Positions 36,142 to 48,200 of a DNA stretch of 64,000 nucleotides are shown piece by piece. How positions within the stretch are numbered: position 1 is the first letter of the stretch; every line of letters begins with the position of its first letter. Below the pieces are notes generated by a model. It made no database searches, had not been told where the DNA came from, and saw only the letters and a list, made by a program, of their open reading frames with translations. A program made the position numbers and the translations under genes. This DNA is from Tubulanus polymorphus (Eukaryota > Animalia > Nemertea): positions 13,689,807 to 13,753,806 of the forward strand of contig NC_134031.1 in the NCBI RefSeq assembly GCF_964204645.1, read 5' to 3'.

Positions 36142-38906
36142 TGTAACCGAATAGGCCAGGCACAGTAACCGACTGGCTCTCCGGGCCAGATTTTCTCACA
36201 ACGGCTGCGCCAGACAATATACCGCCGCTCAGTACTGGTCTACAGCTTGGCCTCCCTAACGCACGGGCCGGGCCAAATAACTTCGTCGGGGATCCCCTCT
36301 ACACGTCGTGCCTCCTATCGATTCTAGGTGGGTCTTCGGGTCCAATCGTCCTTAACTTGAAGGCGATCATCAACAACTCGGAATCCTTTCGTTTCCATGG
36401 TAGCGCGTCCTCATTCCAAGGTTGTTCCCGAAACAGGTCGAACTGACTCAGACTCAGATATCCACTCAAAATAAGACATAAGACCGTTATTCGTGAAAAA
36501 TTAACGATTGCCATGTTTATTCAGCTCAACAACGGATTAAAAGAACAGGGTGTTGCTCGTCACTCAAGATCAAAGCAATCTCCCAATACTCGTAATAAAA
36601 TATGTGTACTCTCGGAAATCCCCAGGAACAAGGGACGTTTATAACATTTATAAACTGGTCCTTAGGCATAACGACGGCTCGTAGAACTAATCATGTTCCA
36701 CGGATATAATATTGTACGAAGGCGCGATTAGGCTCACACCCAAAAATGAGAGAGAGAGAGAAAAAGGGGGGGGTTTGAACTATGAGAGTCAAATAATTAA
36801 AAGGCTTGAGTCCGAAGCGGAAATGTCGGTGACGATGAGCAGATCCCAATATCTGAACCCGGCCAAGGACCGACTCGATAATGCCTCCTCTTGAACTACC
36901 ACTACAGGGATTCTTCATCTTGGTTGGAATTCGCCTTCACTGGTGGTCCGACGCAGGGACTGATCAGTTCCCTGGTCCGCCCTTCTTTCTTCGGGACACT
37001 CATCTCTGGTCCTCTTAGGCAGTAAGACATCAAGGGGAGACTTGGTTTCGACCTGGACTACCACTGGCAGCATGGTTGATCGTCACCCGACAAATTCCGA
37101 AACTCAAGGGGGGTCAAGTGACCCAACGAAATATAATACCGTCAAAAATGATATTCCCTCACCCTTCTCTCTCAACTCAGTTTTAAGAAAAATACTAAGG
37201 ACCGCACGCGAAATCGCCCGCGGAAATAAATGCAACGAGGCCTAGGCGACCCCGAATAAAATTCGACTCTACAACGATGCATTGCATAAATGGTTGAAAC
37301 GCGAGGCGGATATAGCCGAAACGGTTAGGTCCCGCCGGCGCATTACTAAAGTCAAACGGCTTAGCTGCCCGATTATCATCTAACTCGAATTAGAACTCAA
37401 GCGTGAGGTATTTCGAGCGACTGGGAGACAGAGAGGAATAGTCCTCGCTGTGCCCCAGTCCCAGCATCACAATGATGTGGAAACTCGTTAGAATAATACC
37501 TAATGTCCGTATTTTAATACTAGAGGGATCGATCGTCGATCGATAATACTTCTCGTGGAATAGGACGGGTAATGCCCCATGATTAAGGCGATTAATGCTT
37601 AAGGAGGGGAGGGAAGAAATCGGCGACAGTGCCAGCACCCGACTGGAACTCAGTCTCTGCAGATTCTCGTCTAACGGCTGACCGGCAGACCCCATTCTTC
37701 GTTCTCTTCGCTTTTCCGTGGACCAATATACCATTCCCGTAGGTGGTCAAACCATCGACATCAGACGTCCTCTCCGGACCTGGCAAATCCCGTAGGCGGC
37801 TGAACCATCCGCACCAATAACCCTCGTCGTCTTCAATAGCCTAGCTATCTGGACCGTCAACGGACTGAGACCAAAATAACCTACCCAAACCAGTCACCAT
37901 CGCCAAAATCCACCCACCCGGGACGGGAATTACCTTAGGTAGAGCTTTAAACAAGGGCTGTCGTTGGAGACAACCTAATACTATCGCAGTGATGATTGGC
38001 GAATACTACAGAAGTTTAGAATAACATGGCGGGCCGGGGACAATCAGGACCTCGCGGCACGGAAACAATAACAAATACCAATAATAAAAGCAACGTAATT
38101 CAATCACATCCCCCCGAGGAAAGGAAACCCGGTCCCCGTCGGGACGCGGGAGGTAGGCCTACAACTTGCTTACATTGTAACTTGGAATATAGTATTCGTT
38201 GGTTAGAGAGAGCTAAATTGAACCATGCGAGTGGTCGACGCTCAGGTCAGAATCCCAAACTAACGCGCTGCCCGCCTTATATAGGGCTCGTTGTCCCCGC
38301 GTTGTCCTGATTGGCTACCCGCCTTTGTCCCCGCTACGCTCCAATAGGTTGAAAATCACGTGGTACGGCGTGACGTCACGATCACGCGTGACTGACCGCC
38401 GTCCACGACGTCGCTCGATCGGAACCTACAAGCATAGATTTATTTATACGAACTCCGGTCCGAGTCGAGCATTAAAAACTCCGAAAAGAAAAAGATTTAT
38501 TATCAAGAGAATATTTAACTTCCAATTAGTTACAAAAAAATGTAGTTCACCGAAAGAGGGAGCACTCAAGCGGTCGGCACCGCGGAGTACCAAATTGAAC
38601 CGACCCGAATCCGGGCGCTACTCGACTTCACTAGAGCGGAATTCATATATCACAATATAACATCGTTAGGATATAAATACGAACGTATTGGTAAGAAGAT
38701 TTAAGACGTACTGATGTGCTTTAAGAGCAGTTTGATTTCTTGAACAACTGGTTCCGCCGAATAGTTATAAAGACGGTAAGACAACATAGTCTGAGTAAAA
38801 TCCCCCAACGAACACAACTCGACTGGACGCGAGCTGAGTTCGTCCCGCAACGCAGTAAGAAAGGTAACCAGGTTATAAACGGGAATAAAGGATAAGGAAA
38901 TTGAAT
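36142..38906 (-). repeat. 5' LTR (ends ...GGTTACA at 36142; first ~160 bp missing)
   Basis: Direct repeat of the 3' LTR; similarity stops abruptly at 38906. Confidence 0.9.
38250..38400 (-). promoter_or_regulatory. LTR RNA polymerase II promoter (copy at ~28475-28625)
   Basis: TATATAAG (~38283), CCAAT boxes, GGCGGG, E-box CACGTG and CRE TGACGTCA (38371) clustered in the sense orientation. Confidence 0.65.
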
Positions 38907-39320
38907 TAAGACAGATCGATGATGAAATAAGGGATTCCCTGGACTTTTTTTGCTTGGAGTAAGGGTACCAAACACGGTGGGGGATTCCCTTGGATATTTG
39001 GCTCGGATGTACTGGCATACCTGTACTGGGATACCCCTCCTTTCTAAAGGTTTGATTATTTCAAAAGTTAGGTTGGGTATGTGGGGCGAAAACCACTTCA
39101 ATGCGTAGCTAAGATGCTGGCCTATGAGCCATAAGCAGGATTTCCCCTGAATTTACGCGCTTATATATGAACTAAACTCTCGAATTTCTTGTTTTTACTA
39201 TAGGATATAGAAGATTTTGGAATAGTGGTCTGAGCTCCGCTGCGCGCCGCTCTAGGTGCGCTGCGCTACGCTGTCACTTCCTGGTTCCGCTGCGGAATTT
39301 AAACATTTAACTAAAAGATC

Positions 39321-39428
39321 CACAGGGACTTGAAAAAAAGGATTTTGACCCCAGTATCCTAGGTACTATATATAAAAAGACAGTACCTAGGATACTGAGG
39401 TCAAAATCGTTTTGTGTCAAGTCCGTGT
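39321..39428. repeat. ~47-bp inverted repeat pair; the left part has a reverse-complement copy at 23271-23334
   Basis: cacagggacttg...cctaggtact / agtacctagg...caagtccgtgt. Confidence 0.7.
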
Positions 39429-40632
39429 AAAGATCTGCTCTGTCATGTTTTTCACGTCACTTGTCTTATTCAACAAAACTGGCTAATTTTTTGCATGTCC
39501 TAATTTACTGCATGTTTAGGTCCTATCATGATCTCAGCATATGACAAAAGTCTTCAGCTTAGTGGTGTGTCGCGCCTGCCCCACGTGGCACTCGGGCGCG
39601 TTCCCTTGCCAGCGTGAACCCCTTCTTCGGTCTCTGGATCCTCTGTCGGCCCCTGACAACATTAAGGGCCAAATTCGGTTTTCGTATCGAGTCGACTTGC
39701 GGTCGGAACTAATAACCGAATGCGCTTGATTTTCGAACTATTTCCGGAGTTCCGACGACTTGCAATTTTCGTTTAGTTCGACTGATAGGGCCTAGTCGAA
39801 CTCGTTTTCCGATTTGCTCGACTACCAAAGCTGGCGGGGTAGTCTAGATAGGCAAATGGAAACGCCGCTTCATCTCATTACAATAGGAGTCGGGCAAAGT
39901 TTCTGTTTGCAAAAGACAATTAACCACGGCTGCGGTGACTTCACCAGAACATGGGGTTGATGGCACTAGGCAATTACGTGCAAAACGCACAGAAAACTGC
40001 GCGAATTATCATCTGAAAATGAATAACCAAATCGTATGAGCTGGGAAAATTCGTTTTGGATATTACAGAAATCCGCGCGACGCAGAAGGTTACAAGAAAA
40101 TACCATAGAACTCACAAATCAAATTGATTTGAGTTCGATGAAAATACGCAGCTTTTCAGCAGCGTGGCACTCGATCCTTGGTAAAATATCTATATGCTTT
40201 TTCAGTTTTTTTTTCTCGAGCAGCGCAGCGGGCATATCGAGTCGATAACAGCACCGATTCAAAGAAATAACTATGATAATCACAGGAAAATAATCACAGG
40301 ACGTGAAAATTGCCGCCACGTTTGTGTGGACCCGCATATAAATATATTCTATCGATTTAACAATTGCAATTTCACAAGAAGACAAAATTACCGAGTATGC
40401 TGCTCAGAGTTAAGCTGCTGCTGCGGAAATTGACTCCATACCTATGATAGAGCGTCCAATGCAATATGAGTATATATTTGAATTTCAATTCTTTCTTCAC
40501 AGATGAGTTTAGGCCTACAATTTGAACATATGTTCAGTTCATTCCAAATCTCATAACGAATTTTATTCATGAACGTTTAAACCAGTAATTGTGTTAAATG
40601 CAACTCTCCAAAGCTGTGACCCGGATCCAAAC

Positions 40633-40958
40633 CATCCTCGCTTGCCAGGGGTCAGGTATCACTCTCGAACTCGCTTCCACCAGCCCCCTGGCCTCACGAA
40701 GCGTGATTTCATTACTGGCGCTGTCGCGCGTGACGTCATATATCGATTTGCGAAATATTTCCTTGTTCGGTAAAACGTTCGCTGATTGGTCAATTTAACG
40801 GGGAAACCAACAGAAGTCTACTGACGGTTTGTTACAAGCGCTGTGATTGGTACGACCGGATTCTGGTCGGCTAGTAACGACTCCAACGACTCGTGAGGTC
40901 AAGGGGTTCGGGAACAGCTTTAGCGTAGTGGGTTCGAATCCCTTGACGGGTGAAGATG
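40633..40958. mobile_element. Non-autonomous DNA transposon, 9-bp TSD GATCCAAAC, tRNA-like B-box near the end
   Basis: Termini CATCCTC / GAAGATG with long imperfect inverted arms and an exact TSD. Second copy at 47879-48200. Confidence 0.85.
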
Positions 40959-41169
40959 GATCCAAACGTACAGAATCGATTTCTATTTCAATATTTTGTA
41001 TTATCGTCACCATGCCTTATCGCCTATACCAGGTACTATCAAATAAAGAAATTCAATACATCTTATTAATACTCAAACTCATTTTCTTGTACACGTATAA
41101 TGTATAGAATAATCAATATTCATTGCTCTCGCAGCAAGCTAGAGATTGAAGCTCGAATCATGCTGTTGT

Positions 41170-42144
41170 TTATCCACCGCATGAAAGTTTTTGCAGCGTC
41201 TTTACGAATTTCCTGTTAACTGCACAATAAAGAATGAAATTCACACATGAATTTAAATCACTCGTTACGAAGGCAATATCCATTGCTTTCTCCCATATTA
41301 CAGCATTGGGACTAATATACGATCTAAGCTTGGAAAATGTTGCTGGGATTTCCATAATCAGAAAGGTAATGCTCATCGATATCACCATACGTGTTGCCTT
41401 AGATTCACCGATATTCACTTGTTTTTGTGTGGTCGATAATTCTTTCCGTTGTCTGAACTTGATATAAAGGGTCAGAATAAGACATGTATTTACAATAAGA
41501 ATTAGCAAAGAAGGCACAACCAGTCTGATGATAGGATCCAACAGTTTGTTCAGTGTAATATATTCCTTGGGATATCTTCTTACAAGTCGATTGTTCAAAC
41601 CATGACAAAGGTCCATGTAATTATCTACCCTTAAAGTTATAGGATAATATATAGGCCAAATGAATGTATACAAGGAAAATGAGATGATTATATGGTTCAT
41701 ACGGGATTTAGTCCAAAACCTACCCGCTTTTAATGGAATCGAAACGGCAATGAACCGTTCCAACTGTATCAAAACTGTTAACCAGTTTCGAAGGCACATA
41801 AATCCATTGCGAATTTGAACCGTGCCATAGATGTACATTTTGGGATAAATGTGGAAAGGGTCGATGAATACAAAATCGCCATAAAAAACATAAAACAACG
41901 TATATCTTAAGGTTTCCGCGAGGAAATGACCGAATAGATAACCAACATCTGCAAAAGCCAAACATTTTAACAGATGAATCGACGGGTGAGTAGATTTCAG
42001 CTGCATTAAGGTGGCGATTACGAGACAGTTCATCGCCCAACCCGCTGCCATAATCGGTGGCAGGACGAAGACATTGATATAGAACCGAAGAGACCATTCG
42101 TCATATTGTTGCGTACACGCTTCATTGCGGCTTATATTTTTCAT
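41170..42144 (-). CDS. Intronless class A (rhodopsin-like) GPCR, FMRFamide-receptor-like orphan group, 324 aa
   Basis: Seven hydrophobic helices. GxxxN (TM1), LAFAD (TM2), ERF (DRY-like), FLIMEIP (TM6), NSCVNFILY (TM7). N-terminal sequon NIS. TATAAAG at ~42319 on the minus strand. Confidence 0.92.
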   Translation of the reverse strand: MKNISRNEACTQQYDEWSLRFYINVFVLPPIMAAGWAMNCLVIATLMQLKSTHPSIHLLKCLAFADVGYLFGHFLAETLRYTLFYVFYGDFVFIDPFHIYPKMYIYGTVQIRNGFMCLRNWLTVLIQLERFIAVSIPLKAGRFWTKSRMNHIIISFSLYTFIWPIYYPITLRVDNYMDLCHGLNNRLVRRYPKEYITLNKLLDPIIRLVVPSLLILIVNTCLILTLYIKFRQRKELSTTQKQVNIGESKATRMVISMSITFLIMEIPATFSKLRSYISPNAVIWEKAMDIAFVTSDLNSCVNFILYCAVNRKFVKTLQKLSCGG

Positions 42145-42927
42145 TTGCTAAATCTGCCCAATCGTCACCGATTTGACGTTACTGGAAACGTCAATGTGGC
42201 TTCTAAATATCAAAACTCTTCTACAAGAGGTTGACGCCATACATGATCAGTTTGTAATGTTATGGGAGAAAAATTTCATATCGGCCTCCTTCGATTGTAA
42301 TTATAAGAACGCCTTTATAGCATGAGTTTATGCACTATGAATAATGTAAACTGGAAGACGTCCAAAGGCGATCAACCAAGGGCCGGTTAATCAAAAGTTG
42401 GTTAACTCCTAACGTGTCGTTGAATCCTTGATCGTGACGTTATTAATTAATGACACGATAAGTTCGGTTGCTCAAAAGTTATTGTGTCAATAGATATCCA
42501 TAACAAGTCGTTAAATTTAAACAACCTCCTGTAGCCACGTTAAGTGCTTAACGTGGCCGTTAACTTCAATAGAAAATAGCGCGACAACTTTTTTGGGTGA
42601 ATTGACAATTTAGTTTTGAATCGTAGACAGCGGCTACCTATACTCAAGCTTGAGCTGGCAAATGAGGAACTGCGAAAGAATATTGATTCGGCAGACACAC
42701 AGGGGTTTGGCGATGGGCTTGGATATTATTTCCGGGTTGTTGATAATCTCGCGAGAATGGCGCTAAATATGAACTGCGAATAAATTCAAAATATCATGGA
42801 AATACCTTATGTTTATATTGTTTATTTATCCGCTATAAAGTTCCGATAAACGATTGGTCGTTAAGGATCATCATCAGACGGTCGCAATGCTTTACTATTC
42901 TTAGACTGGTTACCGGTCTCCATCTTC

Positions 42928-43265
42928 CATCCTCCCCCGGCAGGGATTCGAACCTGATGGCATCGAGATTGCCACGGCACGAAACCCTGCCACAATCGAC
43001 CGTGTGCGCAGATACATGCGCAGTCAGATGATGTGATTTTTAGCCAATCAGAAAACCCGTTTTATTTTAGCCCGGGTTTTCCCATTTATAGTTCCTCCTT
43101 GAAATTTGCCTCAACGATTATACAACGAGCAATCTGATTGGTGCCGCCAGTTTTCGTTCGGATAGTGCGCATGTAACTGCGCACATAGTCGTCTAATGGC
43201 AGGGGTTCGTGCCGTGGCTGAGTGTAGCGATGCCATCAGGTTCGAGTCCCTGCAGAGGGAGGACG
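42928..43265. mobile_element. Palindromic MITE related to 40633-40958, with B-box motifs in both arms and an 8-bp imperfect TSD
   Basis: CATCCTCCC..CAGGGATTCGAACCTGATGGCATCG / CGATGCCATCAGGTTCGAGTCCCTG..GGGAGGACG. Flanks CCATCTTC / CTATCTTC. Confidence 0.75.
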
Positions 43266-45154
43266 CTATCTTCAATTAGAGACCGGTTGTGCCCATCCTC
43301 CATTTTACATTTTCGATGCATGTCAAATAAGGTCAAACATGTAAAGTAGCAAGTTACTTCCTGGTTAAGATGGCGTCTCTTCGAATTTGCTTAGCTTCGA
43401 GCGATATCAAAATTGCCCTTTTCAATGGACGGAGACATTAATTGCTGTAAGTATCAGATAAATCCGCTGATAATTTACCTGGTACTCGGAATACAAACTC
43501 GATGATTGAAATCTAATGCGAGGTGAGTTCTGCCGCGACCGTCACTGAATACAGAACATTCTGAAGGAACATGGGACATCCTTTCTGAGATGTATTTAGT
43601 GAATTGATGTTTTAATACATTTGACCATATTTAGTATCTGATAATAAAGTTTACAATTGTTGAACTCCTTAGCGCTTTGTGAGATCAGATATTTGGATCC
43701 ACCTCAGCCTACTGATTTCCTGACAGCAAGTTGGGACAGTCAAATTAAGAGACTTGGTCAAGACAAGTTACTCAGATCACACTGAAAATTCGCGATATCC
43801 TCTCTCCTCATGGACCACACAATGTCAATGTTGACTTTGCTAGAAATCGATTATAAAATTCATCACGACCAATTCTTTTTCACTGAATTCAATATTTATT
43901 GTTCACTTCTGGTACAAAATCTTGTTCAGCCCCTGACAAGAGAATAAGCAATTGACAAGTGAATAAGCAATGACACTACGTATTTCATGACATAGAACAG
44001 TAGTTTTGTTTTTTCATCGTCAAATTGGGACGATCCTGATATCCCTGATTTGAATGATAGTGTCTTTAGAATCATAAAGACCATGTCTCGACCAGACAGA
44101 TAATCCAATCACAATTCAGATTGAAGGCTTGCTAGTGCAGTTATTCACAGAATCCAGCTCTTTAAACCTCATCAGTTTATCTGATCATGAGCAGTGGAGA
44201 AATAAAGTACACAACATCTTGGCGCAGCGGCGCTTGCTGATGTTACTGATGCTGATGATGAGTTGATCAGAATCAAGGAGTTTCACCGCATGTTAGTTGG
44301 AATCTCATTTCATGACAGCTAGTGCTGATTCTTTATTCTCTTTGATTACTGCAAGATGTTATCATTGTGAAATTAAAATACATATCGCACTTACAATTAA
44401 ACCTGGATTGACTTTACAATTAATGGTTCAGAATCCATTTTTCAAACTTACCTTGATTCATTGCAATCTATTCGTTTCGTGTTGAGCTAATTTGATATGC
44501 ATTACTTCAATTTCTTAAAACATCCTACGAGTTGTGACTCACAAAATCATCACTAAAACGCTCACAATAATCTACAATAGATAATCAATATAGTGTTTGT
44601 GAAATAGAATATTCAATGTTCACATTTTTACGAAGTCAGTAAGTAGGTGAAGTTACCTTGTTGATGTCATTATTTTCACTGGATCAACTGCTGATGTCCA
44701 ATGTCACATTAAGAACAATCAATCAATCGCCTCGAGTGAACAAACAAGTAGCCTCTGCTGCAAGGTTCAGTATGTCAGTAGTGGTATAGTAGTATTGTGT
44801 GTATTGTTGTTTCCATCCTCCAGTCCAAAATTGCTGATTGACGACCGGTAGGTTTCGACGGCGCTGTCACGCAGCCGTCCTGAATTTAATACCGATATTT
44901 TCGGTACCACACGCTAAACAAGTGCCTGCAGAAGCGTTACCTGGCAGTTTTAACGGAATTTCTTTCTTCATTGGTATAAAAAATGACTTTTAAAGAGGTC
45001 CATGGAACGTAAATCGAAACACAGTGTAGGCGGCCATGTTACATTGTTCACGTGATGAAATACTGAAATCTGAATGGATCCGTAAAATCCGCGGAAGATG
45101 GCGGACGGGCAAAACCTGTCCCATATTGAATGGGACAGGCAACCAGTCTATACT

Positions 45155-46539
45155 ATCTCGAAAATTATCGACCCATTTCACTACTAAATTCACTTTCCAA
45201 AATCTACGAAAAACTTGTACATAAACGACTATCTAAATTCATTGACAAACACCTTTTTCCTAACCAATATGGTTTCCGACACAGCCATTCAACCGAACAT
45301 GCAATACTCGAACTCATAGACAGAATTTCTAACTCACTAAATAACCATGAATGGACAATAGGCATTTTCCTGGACCTTTCGAAGGCTTTTGACACTCTTA
45401 ACCACGATATACTACTGGATAAACTTGAACATTACGGCATCCGAGGAATAGCAAGAGATTGGTTTTCCTCATATCTTGCTAATCGTCAGCAATACGTTTC
45501 GTACAAATCCTACAACTCCTCTACACTATCCTCAAACATCGGTGTACCCCAGGGTTCCATCCTAGGTCCACTTCTCTTTCTAATTTACATCAATGATATC
45601 TATGCCTCCACGGTAAACATGAAGTACATATTATTCGCTGACGATACAAATTGCATTGCTTCTCATACACACCTCAACACACTCATACAGTATATTAATT
45701 ATGACCTAAACATATTGAATGACTGGCTTATCGCTAATAAACTAACCCCTAATCTGAACAAAACTAAATATATCATATTTCATAATTATCAGAGAAGACC
45801 ATTCATAAACCACATACAACAAATCAAAATAGGCAACTTTGAACTTGAAAGAGTAAAACAAATAGATTTCCTCGGCTTGACAATACATGAAAATCTGAAC
45901 TGGAAACCACATATCGACAAAATACACAAGAAAATTTCACAAATTACTGGTATCATAAACAAAACTAAAAACATCCTAGACACACAAAATTTACTTTCTC
46001 TTTACTACACCTTAGTCTATCCTCATTTGAACTATGGCTTGTTGGCTTGGGGCCACTCGCCTTATAATAAAAAATGCCTCCTAATCCAAAAGAAGATTGT
46101 TCGAATAATCACCAACTCTAAGTACACTGCACACACAGACCCACTTTTTAAATATCTTGAAATCCTCAAAATCAATGATGTCCTCATCCTTAAAACTGCA
46201 CTTTTTATTCAAAACACCATCAAATCTTCACCCCATTACTTTTCTTATTACTTCACCGCGGAAAACTTATCTCCTTTAGTCAACATCAGAAAAAGCATAT
46301 ATTTAGACCACGCATATTCTTTATTTTCAAAACAAACTCCACCAACCCCGCATCAAAATTCACCTCAAAACATTCTTTCAAACATCTGGCAAAAACTACC
46401 TTTTTCCAATGACATCCTACAAACAAGCAAACAAAATTTAAAACGTCAACTCAGACCATATCTCACCTCCGCCTACAATGATATCCATCAATGTAATAAC
46501 CCTAATTGTTATAATTGCTCACTCTCCTGTACCCTCTAG
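45155..46539 (+). CDS. LINE ORF2 reverse transcriptase, endonuclease domain missing
   Basis: [32 protein letters not shown] and FADDT motifs, with a C-terminal CxxxxCYxC. The track ATG at 45130 lies in flanking DNA. Confidence 0.9.
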
Positions 46540-46824
46540 CTTACTCATATAAACTCTCCTGTAATTATCAAAAATCATCAACTTTCATTTCCTTCCCCTT
46601 TATTTCTTCATTTCCCTTTCGTTTTTTTTCCCTGGGTGCTTGCGACAGCGGCCTAAAGGCTTTGCTTGGCCCACACTGAAAGCTACTGTTCTCTCTCTCT
46701 CTTTTTATAATTGTGCTTTGTTTAAAAAAATTGTAAATTTTATTGTTTGTTTTCTCTCAACCTGTGTACATAGCCTGTCATGCTTTCTGTGAAATAAATT
46801 TGAACTTGAACTTGAACTTGAACT
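45155..46824 (+). mobile_element. 5'-truncated non-LTR retrotransposon (CR1/L2 group)
   Basis: RT ORF followed by a 3' UTR, AATAAA (46793) and a (TTGAAC)4 tail. Confidence 0.92.
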
Positions 46825-46954
46825 ATTCTCACCATGCGGCGCTGTGAGTATGCGGAAGTTATTCAGTGTGGCTTTTGATTTCAAAGCCGCAGGACGTGTC
46901 CCTTTCACGTTGGCCGAGTGTGTATTGTCTGTGGCAAATTTCTAACTTTTTGAG

Positions 46955-47483
46955 CCTGACGTTCTGGGTATCGTCGCTGAGTTTGCCTGACCAGCAAACC
47001 GAGAGGATCTGGCCTGACGTTTTGGTCAAACGTCGTGAGTTTGCCTGACCAGCAAACCGGAGGCCAAGCCTGTTACGTTTTGGTCAAACGTCGTGAGTTT
47101 ACTCTCGCAGTGGATCCACGTAGGCTTGTGAGATATGTATTTGTAGCCTGACGTTCTGGGTATCGTCGTTGAGTTTGCCTGACCAGCAAACCGAGAGGCT
47201 AAAGCCTGGCGTTTTGGTCAAATGTCGTGAGTTTGCCTGACTAGCAAACCGGGTGCCAAGCCCGTTACGTTTTGGTCAAACGTCGTGAGTTTACTCTTGT
47301 AGTGGATCCACGTATAGGCTTGTGAGATATGTATTTGTAGCCCGACCTTCTGGGTATCGTCGTTGAGTTTGCCTGACCAGCAAACCGAGATGAGGCTAAA
47401 GCCTGGCGTTTTGGTCAAACGCCGTGAGTTTGCCTTACTAGCAAACCGGAGGCTTGAATCTGATGTTTTGGTCAAACGTCGTG
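46955..47483. repeat. Complex minisatellite (~60-bp subunits in a ~180-bp higher-order period)
   Basis: Repeated gagtttgcctgaccagcaaaccg and gttttggtcaaacgtcgtga blocks. Confidence 0.85.
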
Positions 47484-47878
47484 GGTCTATTTGGTAGTAG
47501 ACCGGAGATTGAAATTTAAAGGAGAATGATGATATTCAATGTTGAGTAATAGAAGATAAGAGAACTTGAGAATAGGAGATAAAAAGAGAATAAGCAAAAA
47601 AAGAGAAAAAAAGATATGAGGAAAATGAAATAGAAATACAGTCGAGATTTATTTGTGATTGTTGTTTTGGTCATAGAACTTGTGAGTGGAGAACCAATTC
47701 GGAAGTAGATTTGGGATCTAGTTCTATTTTAGTTCGTCCTAGGTCTGTTGCATGATGGTATATAGGCTGGAGGTTTTGGTTAGCTTTATTTCTCGGCCCT
47801 TTGAATACGCATGTATGCGTAGCCTTTCATGGATTCGTCTATTTACCCTCGGTCGGCTCTATTATGTTAAGTTTGCAA

Positions 47879-48200
47879 TATCCTCGCTTGCCAGGGGTCA
47901 AGTATCGCTCCCGAACTCGCTTCCACCAGCCCCCTGGCCTCACGACGCGCGATTTCATTACTAGCTTGCGCATGACGTTATATATCAACACGCGACAATA
48001 CTTCCGCGTTCGCTACGTGTTCGCTGATTGGTCCATTTACCGGGAAATTCCATAGATGCCTAATGTCGTTTGTAACAAGCGCTGTGATTGGCCCGACCTG
48101 ATTCTGGTCGGCTAGTAACGACTCTAACGACTCGTGAGGTCAAGGGGTTCGGGGAACGGCTTTAGCAGAGTGGGTTCGAATCCCTTGACGGGTGAAGATG
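47879..48200. mobile_element. Second copy of the 40633 element, 9-bp TSD AGTTTG(C/T)AA
   Basis: Colinear similarity over its whole length; TSD has one mismatch. Confidence 0.85.

Larger units (their letters stand above)
26383..38906 (-). mobile_element. Young Ty3/Gypsy LTR retrotransposon with very long LTRs and a third ORF
   Basis: PR-RT-RH-IN domain order, gag zinc knuckle, primer-binding site, polypurine tract, and near-identical 2.75-kb direct repeats. Confidence 0.97.
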
